A stretch of DNA of 64,000 bases from Okamejei kenojei (taxonomy: Eukaryota). The notes under the pieces were generated by a model. That model made no database searches, was not told the origin of the DNA, and saw only the letters and a list, made by a program, of their open reading frames with translations. Made by a program: the position numbers and the translations under genes. How positions within the stretch are numbered: position 1 is the first letter of the stretch; every line of letters starts with the position of its first letter. Positions 52,929 to 64,000 of the stretch are shown here, one piece after another. Location of the stretch: positions 58,094,001 through 58,158,000 of the forward strand of contig CM069142.1 in assembly GCA_035221665.1 (NCBI GenBank), in the 5' to 3' direction.

Positions 52929-54364
52929 NNNNNNNNNNNNNNNNNNNNNNNNNNNNNNNNNNNNNNNNNNNNNNNNNNNNNNNNNNNNNNNNNNNNNNNN
53001 NNNNNNNNNNNNNNNNNNNNNNNNNNNNNNNNNNNNNNNNNNNNNNNNNNNNNNNNNNNNNNNNNNNNNNNNNNNNNNNNNNNNNNNNNNNNNNNNNNNN
53101 NNNNNNNNNNNNNNNNNNNNNNNNNNNNNNNNNNNNNNNNNNNNNNNNNNNNNNNNNNNNNNNNNNNNNNNNNNNNNNNNNNNNNNNNNNNNNNNNNNNN
53201 NNNNNNNNNNNNNNNNNNNNNNNNNNNNNNNNNNNNNNNNNNNNNNNNNNNNNNNNNNNNNNNNNNNNNNNNNNNNNNNNNNNNNNNNNNNNNNNNNNNN
53301 NNNNNNNNNNNNNNNNNNNNNNNNNNNNNNNNNNNNNNNNNNNNNNNNNNNNNNNNNNNNNNNNNNNNNNNNNNNNNNNNNNNNNNNNNNNNNNNNNNNN
53401 NNNNNNNNNNNNNNNNNNNNNNNNNNNNNNNNNNNNNNNNNNNNNNNNNNNNNNNNNNNNNNNNNNNNNNNNNNNNNNNNNNNNNNNNNNNNNNNNNNNN
53501 NNNNNNNNNCCACCTTCCCTCCCCCCCCCCCCCCCCCCCCTCCCTCTCCCCCCCTCCCTACGCCCTCCTCACCCATCCCCCCCCTAACCCCCCCCCCCTC
53601 CCCCCTCCTCCCCCCTGCCCCCCCATCAACCATCCCCCCCTCCCCCCCCCCCCCCCGCCCCCCCCCGTCCTCCCCCACTCCCTGTTCACCCTCCCCCCCC
53701 CCCGATACCCCCGCCCCCCCCCCCCCCCCCCCTCCCCCCCCCGTCCCCCCCCGCCCCCCCCCGCATCCCCCCGCCCCCCCCCCCACCCCCCGCCCCCCCC
53801 CCTCCCTCTCCCCTCCGCCCCCNNNNNNNNNNNNNNNNNNNNNNNNNNNNNNNNNNNNNNNNNNNNNNNNNNNNNNNNNNNNNNNNNNNNNNNNNNNNNN
53901 NNNNNNNNNNNNNNNNNNNNNNNNNNNNNNNNNNNNNNNNNNNNNNNNNNNNNNNNNNNNNNNNNNNNNNNNNNNNNNNNNNNNNNNNNNNNNNNNNNNN
54001 NNNNNNNNNNNNNNNNNNNNNNNNNNNNNNNNNNNNNNNNNNNNNNNNNNNNNNNNNNNNNNNNNNNNNNNNNNNNNNNNNNNNNNNNNNNNNNNNNNNN
54101 NNNNNNNNNNNNNNNNNNNNNNNNNNNNNNNNNNNNNNNNNNNNNNNNNNNNNNNNNNNNNCCCTCCCCTCCCCCCCCCCACCCCCCCTCCCCCCCCCCC
54201 CCCACCCCCTCCCCCTCCCCTCCCCCCCCTCCCCCCCCCCCCCCCCCCCCCCCCCACCCCGCGCCCCCCCACCCCCCCGCCCACCCCGTCCCGCCCCCCC
54301 ACCCTCCCCCCCCCCCCCCCCCCCATCCCCCCCGCCCCCCCCCCCCCTCCCACCCCTCCCCCCC

Positions 54365-54422
<58 letters not shown>

Positions 54423-55231
54423 CTCCACCCCCCCCCCCCCCCCCCCTCCCGCCCCCCCCCTCCCCCCCCCCCCCCCCCTCCCCCCCCCCCCCTCCCCCCC
54501 TCACCTCCCCCCCACCCCCCCCCCCCCCACACCCCCCCCCCCCCCCCCCCCCCTAAACACCTTCCCCCCCCCTTCGACCCCCCCCACCCCCCCCCCCCCC
54601 CCCCTCCCTCACCCCCCCCCCCGCCACCCCCAACCCTCCCTCGCCCCCCCCCCCTCCCCCCCCCCTCCCCTCCCCCCCCCCCCACTCAAACCCCCCCCCC
54701 CCCCCACCCCCCTCCACCCCCCCCCTTCCACCCCCTCCCCCCGACTCCCCCCCTCCCCCCCTCCCCTCCCGCCCGCCCACGTCCCGCCCCCCCACCCTTG
54801 CCCACGCCCCCCCCCCCCCCGCTCCATCCCCACCCCCCCCCCCCCCGCCCCCCCCCCCCCGACCCCACCCCCCCCCCCACCCCCACCTCCCAACCCCCCT
54901 CCCCCCCCCCGGACCCCCTCCCGCCCCCCCCCCCCCCCCCCTACCCCCCCTCCCCCCTCCCGCCCCCCCCCGACCTTCTCCCCCCCTCCCCCAATAAACC
55001 CCCCTCCCCCGCCCCCCCCCCCCCCCCCCCCCCAGCCCCCCCCCTCCCCGCCCGTCCCCCCCGCGCCCCACCCCCCCCCACCCCACACCCACCCCTCGCT
55101 CCCCCACCCCCCCCTATCCTCCTACCCCCCCCCCCCCTCACGGAACCCCCCACCCCCCGCCCCCCCCAATACCCCCCCCCCCCCCAGCCCCCCCCCCACC
55201 GCCCCCCCTACCCCGCCCCTCCCACGACCTC

Positions 55232-55263
<32 letters not shown>

Positions 55264-57826
55264 AACCCTCCTCAACCCCCCCCCCCCCCCCCCCCCCGCC
55301 CCTCCCCCCCCCCACCCAAACCCCCCTCCGCCCCCACGGTCACCATGCCACCCCCCGCCCCCTCCGCCTCCCCCCCCCCCCCTCCCCCCAACCCCCCCCC
55401 CTCCCCTCCCCACCACTCCCCCCCCCCGCCCCCCCCCCCCCCCCCCGCCCCGCCCCCCCCCTCCCCCATCGCCCCCACCTCCACCTACCTCCCCCACCNN
55501 NNNNNNNNNNNNNNNNNNNNNNNNNNNNNNNNNNNNNNNNNNNNNNNNNNNNNNNNNNNNNNNNNNNNNNNNNNNNNNNNNNNNNNNNNNNNNNNNNNNN
55601 NNNNNNNNNNNNNNNNNNNNNNNNNNNNNNNNNNNNNCCCCCGCCCTACTCCCCCCANNNNNNNNNNNNNNNNNNNNNNNNNNNNNNNNNNNNNNNNNNN
55701 NNNNNNNNNNNNNNNNNNNNNNNNNNNNNNNNNNNNNNNNNNNNNNNNNNNNNNNNNNNNNNNNNNNNNNNNNNNNNNNNNNNNNNNNNNNNNNNNNNNN
55801 NNNNNNNNNNNNNNNNNNNNNNNNNNNNNNNNNNNNNNNNNNNNNNNNNNTCCCCCCCCCCCCCCCCTCCCTCCCCCCCATCCCCCCACCCCCGCCCCCC
55901 CCCCCCCCCCCCCCCCCCCCCTCCCCCCCCCCCACCCCCCTCCCCCTCCCCCCCCCCCTCCCCCCCCACCCCCCCCCCCCCCCCCCCCGCTCCCCCCCCC
56001 CCCCCCCCCCCCCGCCCTCCTCCCCCCCCCCCTCCCCCCCCCCCCACCGCCCCCAACTCCCCCCCCCCCCCCCCCCCCCCCCCTCCCCCCCCCCCCCCCC
56101 CTCCCCCCTCCCCCCCCCCCCCCACCCCCCCCCCCCCCCACCACTCCCTCTCCCCCATCCTGCCTCCACCTCCCGCCCCCCCCCCTGCCTCCGCCCCCCC
56201 CCACCCCCCCCCCCCCCCCCTCCCCCCCCCCCTCCCCCCCCTCCATGCTCCACCCCTCCTCCCCTCCCCCCCCCCCCCCCCCTGTGAGCGCCCCCCCCCT
56301 GGTCACCGGCTCCCCCCACCCGCCCCCCCCCCCCCCCCCTCCTCCCCCCCCCCCCTCCCCCCCCCCCCTCCCCCCCCCCCCCCTCCCCCCCCCCCCCTCC
56401 CCCCTCCCCCCCCCTCCCCCTGCTCCNNNNNNNNNNNNNNNNNNNNNNNNNNNNNNNNNNNNNNNNNNNNNNNNNNNNNNNNNNNNNNNNNNNNNNNNNN
56501 NNNNNNNNNNNNNNNNNNNNNNNNNNNNNNNNNNNNNNNNNNNNNNNNNNNNNNNNNNNNNNNNNNNNNNNNNNNNNNNNNNNNNNNNNNNNNNNCCCTC
56601 CCGCCCCACTCCCCCCCACCCCCCCCCCTGCCCCCCTCCCCCCCCCCCCCCCTCCCCCCGCCCCCCCCCCCCCCCCCCCCTCCCCCCGCCCCCCCCCCCC
56701 CCCCCCCCCTCCCCCCCCCGCACCCCCCCCCCCCCCCATCCCCCCCCTCCTCCCCCCCCCCCCCCCGCCCCCCCCCCCGTCCCCCTCCCATATACGGTCC
56801 CCCCCCCNNNNNNNNNNNNNNNNNNNNNNNNNNNNNNNNNNNNNNNNNNNNNNNNNNNNNNNNNNNNNNNNNNNNNNNNNNNNNNNNNNNNNNNNNNNNN
56901 NNNNNNNNNNNNNNNNNNNNNNNNNNNNNNNNNNNNNNNNNNNNCCCCCCCTCCCCACTCCCGCCCCCACCCCCCCTCACCCCGCCCCCCCCGCCCCCCC
57001 CCCTACCCCCCCCCCCCGCCCCCCACCCCCCACCCCTCCCCCCGTTACGCCGCCCTCCCCGACCTCCCCCCCTCTCCGCCCCCCCCACCCCCTTCCCCCT
57101 CCCCCCTCCCCCCCGCAGACGCTCCCCCCCCGCCCCCCCCCCCCCCGGCCCCCTGCCCCTGGGGGGTGACCCCCCTACCCCCCAGCCACCCCCCCCCACA
57201 CCCTGCCCCGGGCCCCTCCCCCCCCAACCCGACCCCCCCCCCCCCCCTCCCCCGCTGCCGGGCGCCCGCCGGCCCGGCCCTCCACCGGCCGAGCCCCCCC
57301 TCTCATACCTCGCGCCCCCGGCCCCGCCCGCCCCCCCCCCCCCCACCTCCCCCCCCAGCCCCGCCGCCCCCCCCTCCCCTCACCCCCCAGGCCCCCCCCG
57401 CCCCCCCCCCTCCAATAAGAATAGCGCCCCCCCCCCCCCCCCCACCCCCCTAAGCACTTCCCCGCCCACCCCCGTGAGCCAAAAAACCCCCCCCCCCCCC
57501 CCCCCCCCCCCCAGCTCTCCCCCGCCCCCCCGAGGACCCCCTTGCCCCCGCCCCCCCGCCCCTCCAGCCACCCCCCCACCCCGGCCCCCCCACCCCCCCC
57601 CCCCCCCCTCCCCCCCCCCCCCCGCCCCCCACTGCCCCCGGCCCCCCTCCGCCCGTTACCCCCGCCTCCTGAACCTGCCCCCCCCGTGCCCCCTCCCCCT
57701 CCCACGCCGCCCCCCCCCGCTCCCTCCACCACCCAAGCTCCCCCCTCCCCCCGCCCCACCCCCATTCCCACCCCCCCGCCCCGCCCCTCCACCCCACCCC
57801 CCCACCCCCGCACCCCCCCCCCTCCC

Positions 57827-57863
<37 letters not shown>

Positions 57864-58590
57864 TACGCCCCCCTCCCCCCCCCCCCCCCCCCCCACCCCC
57901 CCCCCCCCCCCCCCCCCTCCCCCGACTCCCACCCCGGGCTCCCCCCTCCCGGCCCCCCTCCCCCCCGCCCCCACCCCCGCCCGCCCGTCGACCCCACACA
58001 CTGCCCCCCCCCCACCCCACCCCCCCCCCCCCCCCCTCCCCCCCCCCACCCCCCCCCGCCTCCCCCCTCCCCCGCCCCCCCACCCCCCACCCCGCCCCAC
58101 ACGATAGCCCCCCTCCCTCCCGCCCTCCCCGGCCCCCCCCACTCCCCCCCCCTCCCCGCCCGTCCCCCCCCCCCCGGGCCCCGCCCCCATCCACCCCCCC
58201 CCCTCACCACCCCCCCCCCCCCCCCCCCCGCTCCCCACGGCCAGCCCCCGCCCTCCCCTCCCCCGGCCTCCCACCGCCCCCCCCCGCCCCCCCCCCGCCG
58301 CACCCGCCCCCCCCCCCCCCCCCCCCCCCCCGCGCCTCCCAGCCCCAGCCCGCCCCCCCACCACCCCCCCCCCCCCCCCAGCGCCCAACCGCCCCCCCTC
58401 CCGTCCGCCCCCTCCCCCCCCCCCGCCCCCGGCCCCCCCCCTCCTCCCCCCCCGCCCCCCATCCCCCCGCCCCCCCGCGTCCCCCCCCCCCCCCGGCTCC
58501 CCCCCCCCTCCAAGCCCCCCCCCCCCCCCCCCCCCCCCCCTCCCCCCCCATCCCCCCCCTCCCCCCACCCCCCCCCCCCCCCCCCCCCCC
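52929..58590. other. Assembly gaps (N runs) and low-quality poly-C sequence
   Basis: Six N blocks separated by almost pure C. The same 36 bp sequence appears on both sides. Confidence 0.9.
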
Positions 58591-59116
58591 TTCCTTTATT
58601 TCATATGCCCCTCCCTTCCCTGAGCCACTGCTGACCAAAGATCTTAGAGCGGAGCAAGATGGTTCACTCCGCGAAAAAGCCGTAGTAGCTGATGGGTAAT
58701 CTTCAGCGACATTCCCGTAACCGGCTTCTGTCATGGCGGCGTCATCTACAAGCGGAGCGTACTGATCCGCTATAATGGCAGGGTTCTTCGTCATTCCATT
58801 TCGTAAATGCAGCAGTTCCACACTTTAATTCTTTGTTTTAATGTATAAGTGCTCTAACAATAGTAAGAAAGACTGCGGTAATTAAAACTATCGGAATTAC
58901 TTTGGCGGCACCTCTGCGATTCATCTCCTGTACATTCCACCCCCCCTGAATATTTTATCTGGGGTTTTAGACTGAGCTAATCTTGCAGAGGGTTGACGGA
59001 TTTTCCTTGCTAAAGGATTACCTGCGACTTAACAAAACCTCAAATCCTCTGTATGCTGGATCAGACATAACTCAGGGTATTTCTTCGATCTTCATGATGA
59101 TGTACCTTAATGTCAA

Positions 59117-59279
59117 GGATAGACACGAATAGCGGGAGTAACTCAGCGGGTCAGAAGAAGGGTCTCGACCCGAAACGTCGCCTGTTCCTTTTCTCCAGAG
59201 ATGCTCTCTGACCCGCTGAGTTGCTCCAGCTTTTTTTGTCTATCTTCTGTTTAAACCAGCATCTGTAGCTCCTTCCTAC
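59117..59279. mobile_element. Fold-back PLE-terminal short element with 13 bp TSD
   Basis: TSD accttaatgtcaa at 59104-59116 and 59280-59292. Confidence 0.85.
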
Positions 59280-59585
59280 ACCTTAATGTCAATATGTTTC
59301 CAAATTTATTGAGTGCAATGTTATCCATTCCCATTTTTTTGTTTCAAAGCTTCTCAGCGTGTGATTACCAAATTGCAGACAATTTTGCCAAATTTCAGGC
59401 TACCATTGTGTTGTGAACTTATGACTGTACTCTGTACCTGTCCGATCCATGTACCTGTCTAAATGTTTCTTAAAAGTTACGATATGCAAAAAAAGGTTGC
59501 CGACCCCTGGACTAAACCAAACCATTGATCCTGTCACGCCAGCCTTTGTGTTCATTGATATTTTATTCACAATATTAGGATTTCA

Positions 59586-61392
59586 CTAGACCAAGTGCAG
59601 ACCCACTGGGTCTGTTCCCCCCAACGCTCGGTGGGGGGGGGGGGGTTGCTGCGGCTTCACAGGCACACTGACCACCCCCCACACACACGGGGGGAGGGGG
59701 TAGGGGGAGATGGGGTGGGCGAGGGGAGGGAGGGGAGACTGCTGGGTCCCATTCCCTCAACGTGCAGTTGCTGGGGGGGGGGGGGGCTGCGGCTTCACAC
59801 GCACACTAACCCACCTGCCATACACATGGGGGGGGGGCGAGAGGAATGGGAAAGGGGGGAGGGAGGAGGAGGAGGAGGAAAAAGAGGGGGGAAGTGAGGA
59901 GGGTTGCAAGAGAGTAGAGGGGAGATAGGAGATGGGGAGGTGGGAGAGGGGGGGGAGAGATGAGAGGAGGGGGAGTGGGGAGAGCGGGGAAAAGGGAGGG
60001 GGTAGAGGGGAGGGTGGAGGAGGGGAGATGAGAGGGAGAGAGGGTGGTGGGGAGGAGAGCAGGGAGGGGGAGGGGAGGAGAGCAGGGAGGGGGAGGGGAG
60101 GGAGGAAGGAGCAGATGGGGAGAGGGGATTTGAGGAGAGGGGGAGATGGAAAAGGGGAAGAGAGGGGTGAGGAGAGAGGTGGAGGAGGAAGGGTGGACTT
60201 GGGGAGGGGAGGACAGGGCGAAGGGAGAGAGCGGGGGAGGGAGCAGGGAGGGGGAAATGGGGAGAGGGGGTAGGGGTAGTAAAGCTGGGGGAGGGGATAT
60301 GAGAGTGGTGGGGAGGGGTGGAGAGAAGGGATGGAGAGGGGAGAGATGGGAGGGGGAGGGAGAGAGTGGGGGGGGGGAGGGGGGTAAGAGGTGGAGAGAG
60401 ATTGGAGGGAGAGAGGAGAGAAGGGGGAAAGGCAGGGGGTGGGAGGGGAAGGGAGAGAGAGAGATTAGAGGGGACATTAGAGAGAGTAGAGCGGAGAGAG
60501 ATTAGAGGGGAGGGGCAGGATGGGGAGGAGAGGGGAGGGTGGAGAATAAGAGGGGGAGGGGGCAGATTGGGGTAGGGGTACGGAGAGAGGGTGGTAAAGG
60601 TGGGGGGAGAGGAGGAGAGGGGGAGGTGGAGAGAAATTGGAGGGCGAGAGGGGTGAGGGGGAGAGAGTAGAGGGGGGTAGAGGGAGGGGGTGAGGGGGAG
60701 GGAGGAGAGTGGAGGGAGAGAGAATATGGGGAGTTGGAGGAGGAAAGAAGAGGTGGAGGAGGAGGGCAGAAGAGGTGGTGGAGGGGGGAGAGAAGAGGAA
60801 GGGGAGAAGTGAAGGGGGAGAAGAGGAGGGTATGGAGGAGAGGAGGATGGAGAGGGGAGAATAAGAGTGGTAGAGGGGAAGAGGGAGGGGGTAGGACAAC
60901 TTGCTCCATTTGATCTTGATTGTGCGCCAGACCACGTGACGGCTCCAATCTCCCCACCTGTCCCATTGTGATGACATTTGTAAATGAGATCCATTGTGAT
61001 TGTATATCTGTGAGATGGCTCTGTGGCTCATGTCACTGTTTGATTTTAGTGGGGGCACCTGAAGGTTCCAATCTCCTAGCCCTGTCCCATTGTGATGTCA
61101 TAACATAGGTAAATGAGATCCATTGTGATTGGACATCTGTGAGATGGCGCTGTGACTCATGCAGCAGCTTGATTTTAAGTGTTTTGATGTTTTTTTACAA
61201 AAAAGCAGGGAAATTAATAACCAAATGTTCTAATTTTCAAAACAAAATGTGGAGGAGGAAAAACTCTACAGGAATATGAAAAAAATTCTCCATTACGGCA
61301 AAGGGTGGAGGAGTAAATGCACAAACAGCTTAAACTAATTTTCGTGAAATAGAACCCGTTACAAACCAACAAACCAAGGACAGCTTTAATAG
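59586..61392 (-). mobile_element. Non-autonomous Helitron-like element with an internal purine-rich tract
   Basis: On the minus strand the 3' end is hairpin cagaccc-agt-gggtctg followed by ...CTAG|T. The far end reads actattaaagctg. A second copy's 3' end begins at 61396. Confidence 0.6.
59830..60892. repeat. G/A-rich low-complexity polypurine tract
   Basis: About 1 kb of nearly all G and A on the + strand. Confidence 0.9.
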
Positions 61393-61704
61393 TTACTAGA
61401 CCAAGTGCAGACCCGTTGGGGGGGGGGGGGGGGGGGGGGGGTACTGCGGCTTCACACGCACACTAACCAACCCCCACACATTCTGGGGGGGAGGGGGTGG
61501 TGAGAGTGGGGGGAGATGGGGAGATGGGGAGATGGAGAGGGGGAGGTGATGGGGAGAGATTGGGGATGGGGAGGAGTGAGGGGAAGGGGGAGAGAGGGAG
61601 ATAGGGTGGGAGGCGGTGAAGGGGGAGGGTGAGAAGGGGGGGAGGGAGAGAGAGGGAAGAGAGGGAGAGATAGGTTGAATGAATTAATGAATATATATAT
61701 ATAT

Positions 61705-62650
61705 TTTATATATATATAAACAAAGTCTGATCTTGATCACTTCCTGTTCTGTATATTGAATTTGGAAAAAAAAAAGCTGCCACTTACGGCTGTGATGTTT
61801 GGCCATCTTACTCATTCCCCCTCGGCTGCACAGCACAAGAGGATTTTTCCCATCGATAAAATAAAAGAGTTATTAGTGTTTAAAAAATGTTGACATTCTA
61901 TCTCCTGAAGGTCACGCCCCTTCCGGAGGGACTATAAAACCCGGAAGTGTTGAGTGCCTCCGGCAGTCTCTGCAAGATGGGGGAGCGAGAAGGTCACGAC
62001 TCTCAGTCTACTAAACTGTGAGTGGTTTTACTGACCTGTCAATGCCCTTAATGTGGTTTGAAAATATAGTTTGGAAATGCTAAAGCTGTGTTGCCTTTGG
62101 TTTGGAAATGCTAAAGCTGTGTTGCCTAATTAAAGTTGCCTTGCCTTCTATATAATTAAAAGTCTAAACTTGACCACTTCCTATTTGCGCTTTATATTGA
62201 TTTTAAAAATAAACGCTACCACATACGGCTGTGATTTTTGGCCATCTTAATCAGAGTCCCCCTTCGCTCATCAGGTGCCGAGGATTTTTCCCATCAATGA
62301 AAAATAAAAGAGCTATTAGTGTTTAAACCATGTTGAGATTCTCTCTCCTGTCAATCACGCCATGGAGGCCACGCCCCTTCTGGGAGGGTGGAGGGACTAT
62401 AAACCCAGAAGTGTGGGCGTGACTCACTATGCAAGATGGAGGAGGGAGAGGTCACGACCCACTGTCTTTAGTGGTCTTGCACCCTGCTTGAAATGGTATG
62501 AAACTGCACTTGAATTTGGTGGCCATTGCACCCTGCTTGATTTGTTAAGAAACTGCACTTGAATTTGATGGCCATTTTGGTGGAATTTCAAGGAATAGCC
62601 GTGAGGCAACTGCCAGCCCACCAGCCATGAGTACGTGAGCTGCCAGCACA
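61705..62650 (+). mobile_element. Two tandem related Helitron-like 5' segments (about 61705-62146 and 62147-62650)
   Basis: TCTATATAATTAAAAGTCT start at about 62147. The blocks cacttcct, tacggctgtgat, aggatttttcccatc and gggactataaaaccc occur in both units. Confidence 0.55.
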
Positions 62651-63741
62651 ACACAGATACTCCAAATGGTTTTGTAACAGATCATCTTGTACTTGGATTC
62701 CCAGTTGTAGCTCACACTTAACCTACTGGGAATCTATAGGTACATGATTCATGACTGTTGGGATCAGAAGCACCCAATTTACAGAATCGTACAATTGTTA
62801 CAACTATGGAGTTGGGGATGAGGCCGAGTTCGTCAATGACTACACTGACACTCGCAGTAGAATGTACTCACTCGGGTTGTCTAATTGTGACTGCAGCCAA
62901 GTCTTCAAACTTTGTAAGATGTGTTTTGTTAAAAATTTGAAAGTTAAAAAGTATGTTGAAAAGATGAGCTCATGCCTTATCAAGTTTCTATCTCTCTTCC
63001 TCGCATTGAAAATTCAAGTGGACTGACTCCCAAATATAAATTACACACAAAGCTTTCCTTGAAATATATGTATATATATATATATTTTTTTTTTTTGAAA
63101 CAAAATGTTTTAATAATTTACAACATGCACTATAAAATACATTATATTCTGCAGTTTTCCACTGCCAAAGAAATAGCAACAGTTTAATGAACCCTATCAC
63201 TTAAATGTCTGTGTCATAAACAGGCTATACCTTTAAAATTACATTGTGAATATAACAGATATTAGAAAAAAGTTTGTGAACCATTGGATGTAACATTTCT
63301 GTTCAATTAATATGCGGAAATGGTCATAAAATGCTAAGGTGCAGAATTTCACTAGACTGTAACCAACCTTCCTGATCGATCCCGATAGTGCATCAAGAAA
63401 TATGTAAACATCAAGCAGCTTGGAAATTCTCTGCCGCATTTGAGATTCCTGAGGCTTTTTGGATTTCGGAGACTTAAAACCCTGAAGTTTATTTTGTCCT
63501 TTATCTGTCCCAGAAATCATGCCAATATCCGGTTGGATATATTAAGATTTTTTGCAGATGTCAAGCCTTTCAGATGGTAAGAGAATGCCCTCAGATATAG
63601 TTTCCGCTTACCGTTCCTTCATAGACACTAGGCCTAAAATCACTCCTCAAAAGTTTCATGATGGTAGGGAATTAGCAGAAACATCATGCTTCAAGACCTT
63701 TTTTTTGAAGAACCTTTTCAGGAGTGTGTGTAACGTTACTA

Positions 63742-63977
63742 CACACTAGAAGGCAGATAGAGCCTAAATTGTATCTTATATCCAACTGCAATGTCCTTTC
63801 TTAGGAGTGTCCTTAAATATTGCACAGTGTCTGCCTTGCCTTGGTCTGCAGCATAGAAGATTGTACATTTAAAGTGCCATTCCAGACACTGCAATATTTA
63901 ATTTAAGGGTACTCCTAAGATAAGACATTGCAGATGGATCGTAGATGGAATTTAGACCCTACCTGCCTTCTGGTGTG
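63742..63977. mobile_element. Tc1/mariner-type MITE (long fold-back)
   Basis: Imperfect inverted arms of about 90 bp starting CACAC(T/C)AGAAGGCAG, with TA on both sides (63740-41 and 63978-79). Confidence 0.75.
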
Positions 63978-64000
63978 TATTTAAAAAACACCAACATCAA

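Noticed and set aside
52808-58821. Very long Pro-rich/Gly-rich ORFs (up to 1278 aa)
   Set aside because: Artefacts of poly-C and N runs, which lack stop codons.
59795-61058. Long ORFs on both strands
   Set aside because: Low-complexity polypurine/polypyrimidine tract with no protein-like composition.
63239-63749. Short ORFs in unique-looking sequence
   Set aside because: No recognisable domain or consistent splice structure; cannot be supported.
29530-64000. Expected syntenic neighbour CLIC6 downstream of RUNX1
   Set aside because: No CLIC-like translation was recognised on either strand in this window.

Overview
This is vertebrate genomic DNA, most likely from a cartilaginous fish (skate/ray-type SINE and LINE content; inference). 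The only host gene I can support is the 3' half of RUNX1 on the + strand: three coding exons (8356-8547, 20243-20404, 27122-27621) ending in VWRPY, followed by a repeat-free putative 3' UTR to about 29.5 kb. The Runt-domain exons lie upstream of the window. The rest is dense with repeats: tRNA-derived V-SINE/HE1-like SINEs, CR1 and Rex1/Babar-like LINE fragments, Penelope-like (GIY-YIG) remnants, Harbinger- and Tc1-type MITEs, and Helitron-like ends. Two things stand out. (1) Many short fold-back retroelements with 11-17 bp target-site duplications carry a minimal hammerhead-ribozyme core (CTGAAGA-stem-GAAACGTC), several of them in sense orientation inside RUNX1 introns. (2) Two different DIRS1-type tyrosine-recombinase retrotransposons sit precisely head-to-tail (43648-51581); the junction between them reproduces the circle junction, and all three junctions share an ATT core. 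The stretch 52929-58590 is N-gaps plus poly-C and is probably assembly noise. Repeat boundaries were read by eye and are approximate unless a TSD or TIR is quoted.
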